In this document: positions 9,229-19,563 of the stretch, in pieces | Numbering within the stretch: position 1 is the first letter of the stretch | Layout of the letters: the number at the start of each line of letters is the position of its first letter | Assembly (NCBI GenBank): GCA_963775465.1 | Contig: CAVZIW010000010.1 | Span: forward strand, 1 to 64,000 | Direction: 5' to 3' | Length of the DNA stretch: 64,000 nucleotides | Origin: Candidatus Bathyarchaeota archaeon | GTDB lineage: Archaea; Thermoproteota; Bathyarchaeia; Bathyarchaeales; Bathycorpusculaceae | Translations under genes and position numbers: made by a program | Notes under the pieces: generated by a model | The model's input: the letters and a program-made list of their open reading frames with translations, nothing else | Databases searched by the model: none | What the model was told of the DNA's origin: nothing

Positions 9229-10863
9229 ATGAGTCAAAATCAAATGTTCTGTTACCAATGCGAACAAACAGCTAAAGGAACAGGATGTACAGTTGCGGGT
9301 GTATGCGGCAAAACCGCCGATGTAGCTAACATCCAAGACTTGCTTGTTTACATGCTAAGAGGCTTGAGCCAACTATCTATTGAATCAGCAAAAGCTGGAA
9401 TTAGGGACGAGAAAATTGATGTCTTTACTTGTGAAGCTCTATTCGCTACCCTAACAAACGTAAACTTTGACCCCGAATCTTTGGCAGAATACGTACGAAA
9501 GACAGCTCAATACCAAGATCAAATTCGAAACAGACTTCAAGGCGTAAAAGGCAAAGTTGACACACCATTTAATCTGCAAATAGAAAAAACAACTGAAGGT
9601 TTAGTTGCACAGGGCAAAAAATACGGAATAAACTCTGAACCAGCAATGGACGCAGACTTGCACTCTCTCCAATGGCTATTAACATATGGCCTAAAAGGAG
9701 TAGCAGCATACGCATACCACGCTTATTTACTGGGAAAAAAAGACAACAAAGTCTTCGACTTCATCTACGAAGGTTTAACCGCACCATTCAAAAAGACACT
9801 TAGCACAAATGATTTAGTCGGTTTAGTTTTCAAATGTGGCGAAATTAACATCCGTGCAATGGAGCTCCTAGACGCGGGAAACACAGAAAGATACGGCCAC
9901 CCAGTTCCAACCAAAGTGCCATTAGGCCACAAGAAAGGCAAGGCAATTCTCGTCTCAGGACACGATCTCATGGATTTAGAAGAAATACTAAAACAAACTG
10001 AAGAAAAAGGCATAACTGTCTACACACATGGAGAAATGCTCCCAACCCATGGATATCCAGGACTCAAAAAGTACCCAAATTTCTACGGTCACTACGGAAC
10101 AGCATGGCAAAACCAACAAAAAGAATTCGCTGCTTTCCCAGGTGCAATTCTCATGACAACCAACTGCATCCAACGCCCCGTCGAAAGCTACAAAGCAAAT
10201 ATTTTCACAAGTGGACCAGTCGCATTCCCAGGCGTGAATCACGTTGCAGGAAGAGACTATTCTGAGGTAATTAACAAAGCATTAGAAATGCCAGGTTTCC
10301 AAGAGGACACAGATGGTAAGACTGTCCTTGTGGGCTTTGGCAGAAATGCGGTGCTTAGCGTTGCAGGAAAAGTAATAGACGCCGTCAAGAATGGACACAT
10401 TAAACGATTCATACTTGTAGGTGGATGCGACGGAGCAAAACCCGGACGAAGCTACTATACCGAATTCGTGGAAAAAGCACCCAACAACACAATAATTTTA
10501 ACTTTAGCATGTGGTAAATTCCGATTCTTCGACAAAGAACTAGGCACAATTGATGAAATACCAAGACTTCTAGACATCGGACAATGCAACGATGCTTATT
10601 CAGCCGTAAAAATCGCTCAGGCTTTAGCAGATGCATTCAAAGTCGGAGTAAACGACCTGCCCCTCTCACTAGTGTTATCGTGGTATGAACAAAAAGCAGT
10701 TGCCATATTGCTGTCGCTGCTCTACTTGGGTATAAAAGACATAAGAATCGGACCAAGCCTACCCGCCTTCATAACACCAAACATCCTAAACGTACTCGTT
10801 GATAAATTCAACATAATGCCTATAAGTACACCGGATGCAGATCTTCAGGCAATAATGAAGTAA
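9229..10863 (+). CDS. hcp: Hybrid cluster protein (hydroxylamine reductase)
   Basis: MFCYQCEQTAKGTGCTVAGVCGK, SGHD, THGEMLP, GGCDG, GQCND, WYEQKA. Confidence 0.96.
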   Translation: MSQNQMFCYQCEQTAKGTGCTVAGVCGKTADVANIQDLLVYMLRGLSQLSIESAKAGIRDEKIDVFTCEALFATLTNVNFDPESLAEYVRKTAQYQDQIRNRLQGVKGKVDTPFNLQIEKTTEGLVAQGKKYGINSEPAMDADLHSLQWLLTYGLKGVAAYAYHAYLLGKKDNKVFDFIYEGLTAPFKKTLSTNDLVGLVFKCGEINIRAMELLDAGNTERYGHPVPTKVPLGHKKGKAILVSGHDLMDLEEILKQTEEKGITVYTHGEMLPTHGYPGLKKYPNFYGHYGTAWQNQQKEFAAFPGAILMTTNCIQRPVESYKANIFTSGPVAFPGVNHVAGRDYSEVINKALEMPGFQEDTDGKTVLVGFGRNAVLSVAGKVIDAVKNGHIKRFILVGGCDGAKPGRSYYTEFVEKAPNNTIILTLACGKFRFFDKELGTIDEIPRLLDIGQCNDAYSAVKIAQALADAFKVGVNDLPLSLVLSWYEQKAVAILLSLLYLGIKDIRIGPSLPAFITPNILNVLVDKFNIMPISTPDADLQAIMK

Positions 10864-10999
10864 TTCCTCTCTTCCTTTTTTAGAAATCATTTTTTTTATC
10901 TTAGCCCAATGTTCTATAAAAAATAAATTTTGGCGAACTGGTATTTCAACTAAACTTTCCTAAAATTTATAAAATAAAGTGATGGCTATTTTTGATGAG

Positions 11000-12287
11000 C
11001 TATTCAAGGTGGTATGCTTCTTCGCCGTGTTGACTCAAATCCAACCCTTCATCTTCCTCTTTAGGGCTTACTCTGAGTGGTGAAAATACATCAACAATCC
11101 TAAGCAGCAAATAAGAACCTGCAAACGCAAATGCAGATACAACCAAAACGGCAAGTAATTGGACACCAAGCTGATAAATGTTTCCATCAACAATCCTTGT
11201 ACTGCCGGATTAATCGCCGCTGTTGCAAACAAACCAACAGCAACTGCGCCAATGATTCCTCCGATTCCATGGCAGGCAAAACATCTAGCGTGTCGTCAAT
11301 TTTTGAGCGACCTGCTCGCCAGTTAGCTATCAAATTGGATATTATCCCTGCAGCTAATCCGATGACTACTGCCGAAGTGAAGTCGACATAGCCTGCATGC
11401 TGCTGTTACAGCTGCTATCCACAAACTGCGCCCAACTGAGATGCCGATCGCTGATGGCTTTCCCTTTATTACCCAATCCATTATCATCCAGCTACTGCCG
11501 CAGCCGCTGCCGCTAAGTTTGTGGCAATAACAGCTGAAACAGCTAAGTTGTCGGCTGCAAGTGCGCTCCCTCCGTTAAAACCAAACCATCCAAACCATAG
11601 TAGACCAGCTCCTAGAATTACATATGGGATGTTTGTTGGTTTAAACTCCGTTCCCATGCCTGGAGCACTTGGCGCTTTATTGTCTAAGCTTTCATTTGAT
11701 CTTTCCAGTAAACACAACCTTTTCTTCTGCCAACGATCAATGCAGCTGCCAAAGCGGATAACCCCGCGGTACATGCACTACAATGCCGCCCGCAAAATCG
11801 ACAGGCGCCTAAGACATGTAAGCCACCCATTAACATTCCAAATCCAATGCGCGATAGGCGAGTAGATAAGCGTGGACCATAAAATACAAAAATAAGCAGG
11901 GACTTGAATCGAATTCTTTCTGCGCATGCTCCAATGATAAGATGCGGGAGTGATTGCGGCGAATTTCAGTTGGAAGGCAAAAAATAGGAACTTCAGGAAT
12001 GCCTGATGCATAAGTTGGATTGACATGTGTTTATGGTTATTCCATTTAAGCCTACAAGTGACAGATTTCCGATAACGCCACCAATGCTAGGTCCAAACAC
12101 AAGACTGTAACCCCAGAAGAACCAGACTAGACTGACAACGGCAAAAATGAGCGATACATTGAACTAATGTTGACACAAGGTTCTTTCTACGAACTAACCC
12201 GCCGTAGAAGAAGGCTAATGCAGGAGTCATTAGCATTACGAGTGCGGTTGATACTAAGACCCATGCGATATCTGCTGCGTTTTCCAT
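11000..12287 (-). pseudogene. amt: Ammonium transporter (Amt) copy 2, broken by many single-base indels
   Basis: Collinear with 12534..13844: [75 protein letters not shown]-stop; roughly eight or more frame changes read by eye. Confidence 0.9.
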
Positions 12288-12533
12288 ACCTTTCCCTATT
12301 TTGAATGTGTTTGTTCATGCGTTTTGTTAAAACTAATATTTAAACTATGCATTCGCTTCAATTGTAAGTGCAAAAATTAACAATTGTCCAACATTTTATT
12401 TGTAAGTCTTTTGAGCATGCAGCATAAAGTTCAGAAATCTTGTCTGATCGCAAATTTGTTCAAAAAATAAGTAAAATCGGGTAATTCTGTCCAGAACAAA
12501 ACAAACAAAGAAAAATTGTGGGAGGTGATTAGC

Positions 12534-13844
12534 CTAATCTAACTGGTAGGCTTCTTCACCGTGTTCGCTAACATCTAAACCTGCATCCTCTGCTTCTTCG
12601 CTAACTCTGAGCGGAGAGAATAGGTTTACCAACTTTAGCAGCCCATAGGAGCCGAAGAACGAAAACGGTACAATAATCGCGACCGCGATTAGCTGGTCGA
12701 CGAATTGTCCAACGTTTCCGTAAAGTAGACCGCTTGCACCACCGATTGCTGCAGAGGCAAATATTCCAGTGCCTATGGCGCCCCAAATGCCGCCAACACC
12801 GTGACATGCGAAGACATCCAATGAATCGTCGATTCTTGATCTGCCAGCTCTCCAGTTTGCAACCAAGTTGGAGATTATTCCTCCGATAAAGCCCATAATC
12901 AAAGCAGCGGTGGGGCCAACAAAGCCTGAAGCAGGTGTTATCACGACTAAGCCTACGACTGCACCTACAGCCATACCAACTGCTGACGGTTTGCCTTTAA
13001 TTAGCCAATCCATTAACATCCAGCTCACAGCTGCTGCAGCTGCCCCCAAGTTTGTAACTACGAGCGCTGAGACTGCTAGGTCGTTTGCTGCTAATGCACT
13101 GCCCGCGTTGAATCCAAACCAGCCAAACCATAGTAATGCTGCACCTAACAGCACATAGGGGATGTTAGTTGGCTTGAAAGATGGAGGCGGAGCGTCTAGC
13201 TTTGCCATGTGACTTTTCCATGGAATTGAAAGTCCTGAACCTCCTGGGGATGTTGAGCATGCTCCTGTCTTTCTTCTGCCGACAACGAGAGCTGCAGCCA
13301 AAGCGGAGACACCAGCGGATATGTGGACAACTAACCCCCCAGCAAAGTCTATGGATCCTAAGGCTTTTAGCCAGCCATCAGGGTTCCAGACCCAGTGAGC
13401 GATTGGTATGTAGATAAATGTTGACCACAGTACAATGAAAATTAGAAGTGATCTAAATCGAACTCTTTCTGCGCAGGCACCGATTATTAATGCTGGTGTG
13501 ATTGCTGCGAATTTTAACTGGAATGCAAAGACTAGCAATGTCGGTACAGTTGCTGCAAGAGCAGGGGTAACGTCATGTATACCTATCCCCGCAAGTCCTG
13601 CAAGAGATAGGTTTCCAATTACTCCGCCAACGCTGGGACCAAAAGCTAAGCTATATCCGTACACTGCCCATATGATACTTATTACTGCAAAAATTATGAA
13701 GCACTGAGCGATCGTGGATACTAGGTTCTTTTTCCGTACTAAGCCTCCGTAGAAGAAACCTAATGCGGGGGTCATCAACATTACTAGGGCCGTTGATGTA
13801 ATTAACCATGCTATATCTCCAGAGTTTGTTACAGTTGCACTCAT
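12534..13844 (-). CDS. amtB: Ammonium transporter (Amt/AmtB), intact
   Basis: [38 protein letters not shown] (twin His), GLDVSEHGEEAY. Confidence 0.96.
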   Translation of the reverse strand: MSATVTNSGDIAWLITSTALVMLMTPALGFFYGGLVRKKNLVSTIAQCFIIFAVISIIWAVYGYSLAFGPSVGGVIGNLSLAGLAGIGIHDVTPALAATVPTLLVFAFQLKFAAITPALIIGACAERVRFRSLLIFIVLWSTFIYIPIAHWVWNPDGWLKALGSIDFAGGLVVHISAGVSALAAALVVGRRKTGACSTSPGGSGLSIPWKSHMAKLDAPPPSFKPTNIPYVLLGAALLWFGWFGFNAGSALAANDLAVSALVVTNLGAAAAAVSWMLMDWLIKGKPSAVGMAVGAVVGLVVITPASGFVGPTAALIMGFIGGIISNLVANWRAGRSRIDDSLDVFACHGVGGIWGAIGTGIFASAAIGGASGLLYGNVGQFVDQLIAVAIIVPFSFFGSYGLLKLVNLFSPLRVSEEAEDAGLDVSEHGEEAYQLD

Positions 13845-14194
13845 TTATTATTCACCATTAGACATATGTATACTTTTTTTTGTATTGATTGTGCATTTAT
13901 CTCAAACAACTATATAAAAGTATCCGTTTGAAAACAAACAAAGCAATTTAGTAAATGGATGTTTGAAAAAATCAATGAATATGCTACAAGTGTCCACATT
14001 TGACTAACAAACTTTCCAAAATATCAAAATTTATCCATAAAATAACCAAATTATTGACCAATTACCAATAAAATCATTAAATTCTTCCAAAGTAGTCAAC
14101 TAACTAATCAAAAAAACAAGTTCGCTTTCTCTTCTTACGCGTAAAACTTATAACGCTACAATCGCAATCTTTGCGAACAGAAGGTCCACAGCAA

Positions 14195-15100
14195 ATGAAA
14201 TTTGGCGCATATACTTTTCAACCGCAAAAAACCCAGGGATTCGACTTCCAAGTTCTCCGTGTAAAACCAGAAACCGGCCTCAGAATAAAACCAGAATCCG
14301 ACATGTACAGCAACATTGCAGTATTTGCTGACACTTTGACTGTACAAAACCATCCTGACTGGGTTTCTCAGTCACCACTTGGTCCTGCTAAATTTGGAAA
14401 CAACAACTTCAATATTTATTGGAGTATGGTGTGCCCTACACAGCCAGATTACAGAGAAGAACAATTAAAATACATCGCAGAATTGGACAGACAGTCACCA
14501 GGTATATGGCTAAATAGCCAATACTTCGCTGACCACGACCATTGCACCTGCTCTCGGTGCCAAGAAAAGTGGCACAAAAGTGGCTTAAGCTGGCTTGAAT
14601 GGCGCAAAAAAGAAGTAAATGATTATATGGCTCAAATACGCGGCACAGTCAAAAAAGAACTCGTATTCTGCCTTCAACCAGATCCAGTAAGCTCATATGA
14701 ACGCTACGGCGTAGATTTTAGCGATTTTGCGAAATACGCCGACAAATTCTGTGTTGTGATGTTTAGCAAAAACTATGCAACACCATGGTATTGGGAAATG
14801 TTGGTGAGAGGCTTCAAGAAACTTTTAAGCAAACCTTTCTATGTGAGTTTGTACGTTTATGGTCCCGGCGACAACCCAAAAGATGTGCCCTTACCATCCG
14901 AACTGATGACAGTAACAGTCAGATGTGCTCGAGCAGGTGCCAATGGTTTTCTCTACTTAACTGACGGCAATAGCCAAATGGTAGATTTCCAAAAAGCTGC
15001 ATTCACAGACACAGCGATGCTTTCACGTCTTAGAACGTTCGGCGGAACACCGGTTCAACAGGTTATTGACAGGTTTGAAGATTGGAAAAAAATTCTTTAG
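14195..15100 (+). CDS. Putative glycoside hydrolase-like TIM-barrel protein with CxCxxC motif
   Basis: VCPTQPDYRE, GIWLN, HCTCSRC, WLEWRK, GVDFSDFAKYAD resemble GHL/DUF187-type barrels; ATG at 14195. Confidence 0.55.
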   Translation: MKFGAYTFQPQKTQGFDFQVLRVKPETGLRIKPESDMYSNIAVFADTLTVQNHPDWVSQSPLGPAKFGNNNFNIYWSMVCPTQPDYREEQLKYIAELDRQSPGIWLNSQYFADHDHCTCSRCQEKWHKSGLSWLEWRKKEVNDYMAQIRGTVKKELVFCLQPDPVSSYERYGVDFSDFAKYADKFCVVMFSKNYATPWYWEMLVRGFKKLLSKPFYVSLYVYGPGDNPKDVPLPSELMTVTVRCARAGANGFLYLTDGNSQMVDFQKAAFTDTAMLSRLRTFGGTPVQQVIDRFEDWKKIL

Positions 15101-15172
15101 ATCTGCCTTTTCTTGTTTTTATCAAATTTTCTACCCTATCGTTAAATTACCGCAGAGATTTTTGATCACCAT

Positions 15173-16450
15173 TTACGTTTTTCTATATCTCAACAAAGCC
15201 GCAAACCCGCCCAACTCTGCAAGCTTTACTTTTTCTTCAGACTCAGCAGATATAACCTCAACTTTAGCATCGGTTTGCGACGCAGCATCTTCTAAAACAT
15301 CAATTATGTCTTTCTCTTCAATTTGATATTCAAGTGCAGTACATTTTTCGCATGGGCTTGAAGTAACCTTCTTCATGGTTTGAACATCATTTTTGTTCAA
15401 TATCACTGCTTTTATTTGTCCACACCTTTTGCAAACAGTTTCATATTCAATCATTTCCGAACTGTCCGTTGAAAGCACAACTTCAGCTTCGCCTTTCTTT
15501 AGCGCTTCCAAAACTGAATCTAAGCCATAAGTTACCAAACCGTTTTGTTTAGCTAATTCAGCGAGAACCCGTTGCACAGCTCTTTTCTCTTCAGGCACAC
15601 ACATTTCTCTTATCGTTACGGATGATTTGCTGAGAACTTCCCTAACGCCTTTTTCCCCCGTAAATTGTGTATCAACCATATCCAATAGTGAATTTTTAAG
15701 TTCGTAATGGAGATAATTGCCCTCAACAAACTCATTTTTGGTTTTTCCCGGACCTCCGACGATTAAAACTGTAACTTGATTATTTTCCAAAAACAGTTTC
15801 GCTGCATGTTCGGCAATCCGACGGAAAAAGAAGTTGACTTCCATATCACGTTCACGTTCATACCGCCTTTGACTTTGCCCTCCTTTTTTTGTCTTCCCCG
15901 GAATTCCTGAAGTGATGTCTCTGCTAAGTTCCAGTTGATCTGCAATAAATACTCCAAAGCCAGCCTCTTTTGAATCTAAAGCTATTAATCCCACAATTTT
16001 TTGGTCTCGAAGCATTTCTCTTAGCGGTTCAAGCTGGAAATGGCTGTCAACTTTGTAGACGTATTTTCCGATAGGTTTTGGTGGAACAATTTGTTCAAAA
16101 ATTGTAACTTCTCCTTCAATATTGTTTATGGCAGTTCCCATGAACATTGCAAGTCCGTTTTCTGGGATCTCTTTTTGTTGTTTAAGGTGATGAGTTATGC
16201 TTTTGAGGTTTTCTTTAAAGTGCTTTTTTTCGTTATCGAATCTCATATCGGTGGAATCAGATTCTCCTTTAAGAAAGGCGATAACATCATCGATTGATGT
16301 CTTTGGTGGAATGTAAAGTGAAACAAAATCCATCTCTCTGCCTTGTTGGTTGGATAAATATGCTATGAGCTTTCTTAGTTTGTGTAGTTTCATTGAATTA
16401 GAGGTAGCTTCATGGCATGCGTGAAAATGGTTTATTTTTTTATCAATCAA
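15173..16450 (-). CDS. Peptide chain release factor aRF1-family protein, divergent paralogue
   Basis: VSLYIPP, GLAMF, KKGGQSQRRYER, GGPGKTK, YGLDSV, LGGFAALLRY; start may be ATG 16393. Confidence 0.88.
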   Translation of the reverse strand: MIDKKINHFHACHEATSNSMKLHKLRKLIAYLSNQQGREMDFVSLYIPPKTSIDDVIAFLKGESDSTDMRFDNEKKHFKENLKSITHHLKQQKEIPENGLAMFMGTAINNIEGEVTIFEQIVPPKPIGKYVYKVDSHFQLEPLREMLRDQKIVGLIALDSKEAGFGVFIADQLELSRDITSGIPGKTKKGGQSQRRYERERDMEVNFFFRRIAEHAAKLFLENNQVTVLIVGGPGKTKNEFVEGNYLHYELKNSLLDMVDTQFTGEKGVREVLSKSSVTIREMCVPEEKRAVQRVLAELAKQNGLVTYGLDSVLEALKKGEAEVVLSTDSSEMIEYETVCKRCGQIKAVILNKNDVQTMKKVTSSPCEKCTALEYQIEEKDIIDVLEDAASQTDAKVEVISAESEEKVKLAELGGFAALLRYRKT

Positions 16451-16534
16451 TTAATGCGCCATCACATTGGTTATGGTCTTAAATGATTTATCAATTCCTT
16501 AAGATATACGTCTTATAATTCTTCTTTGGATTAA

Positions 16535-16621
16535 TGGCGCGGGATGTGGGAATTGAACCCACGCGGCCTTTCGACCACAGACTTAGCAGGCCTGCCCCAT
16601 ACCAGGCTTGGGGAATCCCGC
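16535..16621 (-). tRNA. tRNA-Ser(GCT) with encoded CCA
   Basis: Acceptor GCGGGAT/ATCCCGC, discriminator G, CCA; anticodon arm CAGGC-CTGCTAA-GTCTG; long variable arm; T-arm GTGGG-TTCAATT-CCCAC. Confidence 0.93.
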
Positions 16622-17215
16622 ACGCTAATATTCTGTTTTTCTAAGTCCGATTCAGAGACATTGAAATGTTCAGATTTGAGCGCCGAAGTGATAGTCTCAG
16701 AAGTTGAGTGTAAGGTAATTTAATTAAAGTTTTCTGAGCATTTAAAGTTCAAAACTGTTGCTACGCATATCATTTTGGCTATTGACAGCAATATCAATTA
16801 CTCGCAGAGTGTATCTGTTGTTCCAAAAATCTTATAACCTTGAATAGATCGCTCCTGAAAACAGCAACTATTTTTTGCTTTGTTTTCGGCCAAAAAAGGG
16901 AGAAGGAAAGAGCAACTGCAGACTCTTTTTAATGGCAGAGTATTCAATGCCTTTAAGAGTCTTTTACGCGCTCACTCAATTTCTTCTTCTTATTTATCTA
17001 GGAAAGTGCTCTTTCCCAAAAATAATTAGATCTTGAGGGGATTTAAGATTTGTGTATTGTAAGGAAGTTACAACTATTTTTAGAATACGAAAACAAGCAA
17101 TTTTTCTTTACTTAGCCATTGTCTTTCACAACTATACCCTTTCTGAGAAATAATGTGACCTTGTGTTTTTGGCTATGATTGAAACTTGAATAGAAACAAG
17201 CTCCAATAGTAAATC

Positions 17216-17410
17216 ATGGCTTTCCAGTTAATTACTCTTCCAATCTCAGTAGTATGCGTGCTTGTGTTTGTAATGACTCGATAACTTTTTTATAAAATGA
17301 GAAAAGAAGCAAAAATTTACCGTTTCCTATTCAACGTAACAATAATTGGGATACCGATATTGGTGGTTTTATTTGTTTACTCGATTATCATGACATTATT
17401 GGTAGTTTAA
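17216..17410 (+). pseudogene. Small two-helix membrane protein interrupted by in-frame TAA (or a 37-aa peptide 17297..17410)
   Basis: MAFQLITLPISVVCVLVFVMTR*LFYKMRKEAKIYRFLFNVTIIGIPILVVLFVYSIIMTLLVV*. Confidence 0.35.
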
Positions 17411-17784
17411 GATTGTATGTAAATTATTATTTAATTTCATGATGTTTTTTTATGAATTTCACTTTTTGGCAAAGGTGTTTGCTTAACAATTAAGGTTGGG
17501 ATTTTAGAAAACTGCAGGATAACTATTGGCGTCTATTGTAATCTGACAATAATTCTTGGCAGGTTCGGAATGTGTTGCAGAATTACTTGGCAACTTTGGC
17601 TCACACTTATACATTTACGATAATCCAGCCTATCAAGCATCAGATAAATCAGATCAAATTCTGTACTGGAGCAAACATGCTGAATTTGCCTTAATCAAGT
17701 AACTATTACTTTAAATTATGCATTTTACTATCTAAACAAAGACCAAATACGCAGTTTTTCTGCGGTCGATAGTTGGTGCTTTAA

Positions 17785-18216
17785 ATGACGATTAAACTTA
17801 CAAAATCTGAAATAACCTTCGTTAAAGAACTTCCCGTATGTCGCTTAGCGACTGCGACTGAAGATTGCGAGCCAGTGGTGCGTCCAGTTTGGACAGTTTT
17901 TGACGGAGTTTATGTTTACTTTGCCTCTGATCCTGACACTCCAAAACTTGAGCATATTGAGTCTAACCCTCAAGTGTCTCTGGTTTTTGATGACTACGAT
18001 CATAGTAATTGGTCAAATAATAAAGGTGTTCGCATTCAAGGTGAAGCGGAAATTCTCTGGAAAGGCAAAGAATACGTATATGCACATGATTTGCTTAAAG
18101 AAAAATTTCCAGAGTATAAAACTGCGGATGGCAGCTGGAAAGAAGGCGAAGTGCCAATAATCAAGGTCACTCCGACGAGTATTAGCAGATGGTCTTCTGG
18201 AAAATGGAAAAAATAA
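17785..18216 (+). CDS. Pyridoxamine 5'-phosphate oxidase-like split-barrel protein (possibly F420-binding)
   Basis: CRLAT...PVVRPVW, KLEHIESNPQVSLVFD, GVRIQGEA. Confidence 0.85.
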   Translation: MTIKLTKSEITFVKELPVCRLATATEDCEPVVRPVWTVFDGVYVYFASDPDTPKLEHIESNPQVSLVFDDYDHSNWSNNKGVRIQGEAEILWKGKEYVYAHDLLKEKFPEYKTADGSWKEGEVPIIKVTPTSISRWSSGKWKK

Positions 18217-18300
18217 CACATGCAAATCTCTCATGATAGTAAAATGAGATAAGAGCGGCTGGGCTACTTCTCTAGCGGGCACAATAGTTCTCGTCGTTGG

Positions 18301-18479
18301 TTGGATGCCTGGATTTTCGCCTATATTGGATTCAACAAACTTAAACCTGCCACTGCTCAAACTCATTTCTATCAAACTCAGCATTCAACAACACAGGCTC
18401 ACACAAAAAGTTGCCCCAATTGTGGAACAGAAAAAACCCCGACAGAAATTTCTGCGGGTCATGTGGCAAATCCATATAA
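18301..18479 (+). pseudogene. Remnant of a zinc-ribbon membrane protein
   Basis: CPNCGTE in one frame, NFCGSCGKSI-stop in another; upstream hydrophobic stretch is disrupted. Confidence 0.5.
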
Positions 18480-18582
18480 TAACGCCAATTTATCAATTAA
18501 CCATTCTACCAATATCCAGCTTCATAAAAAATCTTATATTTGAGATGCGGTTCCTTTTGGATAGAAAAGTTGTGATTAGTTT

Positions 18583-19563
18583 ATGTCTGTTAAAATAACA
18601 TCCGAGTATATTGACCTCTTAAACAAGGCAGTTGAACGCGAACTCCAAGTTTCTATTCAGTATTTTCTTCAACATGCAAAAATGGAAAAACTAGTCCGCC
18701 GAACAATTCCCGAAAATATACTGCTCGATAAAACCACTTACGACGCAGTTGGAAAAGTTCTAAAAGAAATATCAATCCAAGAAATGAAACATGCAGCAAG
18801 CATAATGGAACGCATATACTTTTTGGGCGGCCAAGCAACCACCAAAGCAAGCAAGCCTGCAGTCGGCGACAGCATTAGTCAATTCGCCAAATTAGGCGTT
18901 GCAGCTGAAGAAGAAGCTCTGGCACTGTACCGAAAAATCATAGAAACAGCAGCGCAAATAGGTGACTGGCAAACACGTGAACTTTTCGAAAAAATCTATA
19001 AAGACGAAGAAGAACACCTCTTCAAATTCCAAGAATACACAAAGTTCCCGGATGAAAAAGAAACTCCAAGTATAGTTCCTCCCCCTGAATGGAGGAAAAT
19101 CTACACTGATGATTACTTTACTCTTCTAAACAAAGCTGTAGCAGCCGAAATAACAGGAATCGTGCAATACACTAACCAACATGAAAAAGCCAGCTTTCTT
19201 GCCCTACGAATGAAAAACACCCCACTTGAAACTATTGCAGACACTAACAAAGCGAGCGTTGTCAGCAAACTCCTCAAAGACATCTTTATGGTAGAAATGG
19301 AACATCTTGAAAAAATTAGTGAACGCATTTATCTTCTTGAAGGCGAAGCAGCAACCAAACCTGATCCCTTGCCAGTTGTCGGAGAAACCGCAGACGACTT
19401 CCTAAAGCTTGACCATGCTCTCGAAAGTAGCGCTATTGCACTTTACCGGCAAATCATTGCTGAAGCTCTGAAACGAGGGGATACAACAACACGACGAATT
19501 TTCGAAGATATTGTAATGCAAGAAGAAGAGCACTTCTGGACATTTGACGATTTCGTTAAATAA
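18583..19563 (+). CDS. Tandem two-domain bacterioferritin/ferritin-like protein
   Basis: Two repeats of E...QY...H, EMxH...ERIY.L.G, E..A...Y..II, TR..FE.I...EEEH. Confidence 0.88.
   Translation: MSVKITSEYIDLLNKAVERELQVSIQYFLQHAKMEKLVRRTIPENILLDKTTYDAVGKVLKEISIQEMKHAASIMERIYFLGGQATTKASKPAVGDSISQFAKLGVAAEEEALALYRKIIETAAQIGDWQTRELFEKIYKDEEEHLFKFQEYTKFPDEKETPSIVPPPEWRKIYTDDYFTLLNKAVAAEITGIVQYTNQHEKASFLALRMKNTPLETIADTNKASVVSKLLKDIFMVEMEHLEKISERIYLLEGEAATKPDPLPVVGETADDFLKLDHALESSAIALYRQIIAEALKRGDTTTRRIFEDIVMQEEEHFWTFDDFVK

Noticed and set aside
12288-14190. NrpR operators (GGAA-N6-TTCC) upstream of the amt genes
   Set aside because: No convincing match in either upstream spacer
16535-16621. tRNA as a Sec/suppressor tRNA or as an integration site
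   Set aside because: Anticodon GCT, 7-bp acceptor and G discriminator fit ordinary tRNA-Ser; no duplicate of its 3' end or integrase was found
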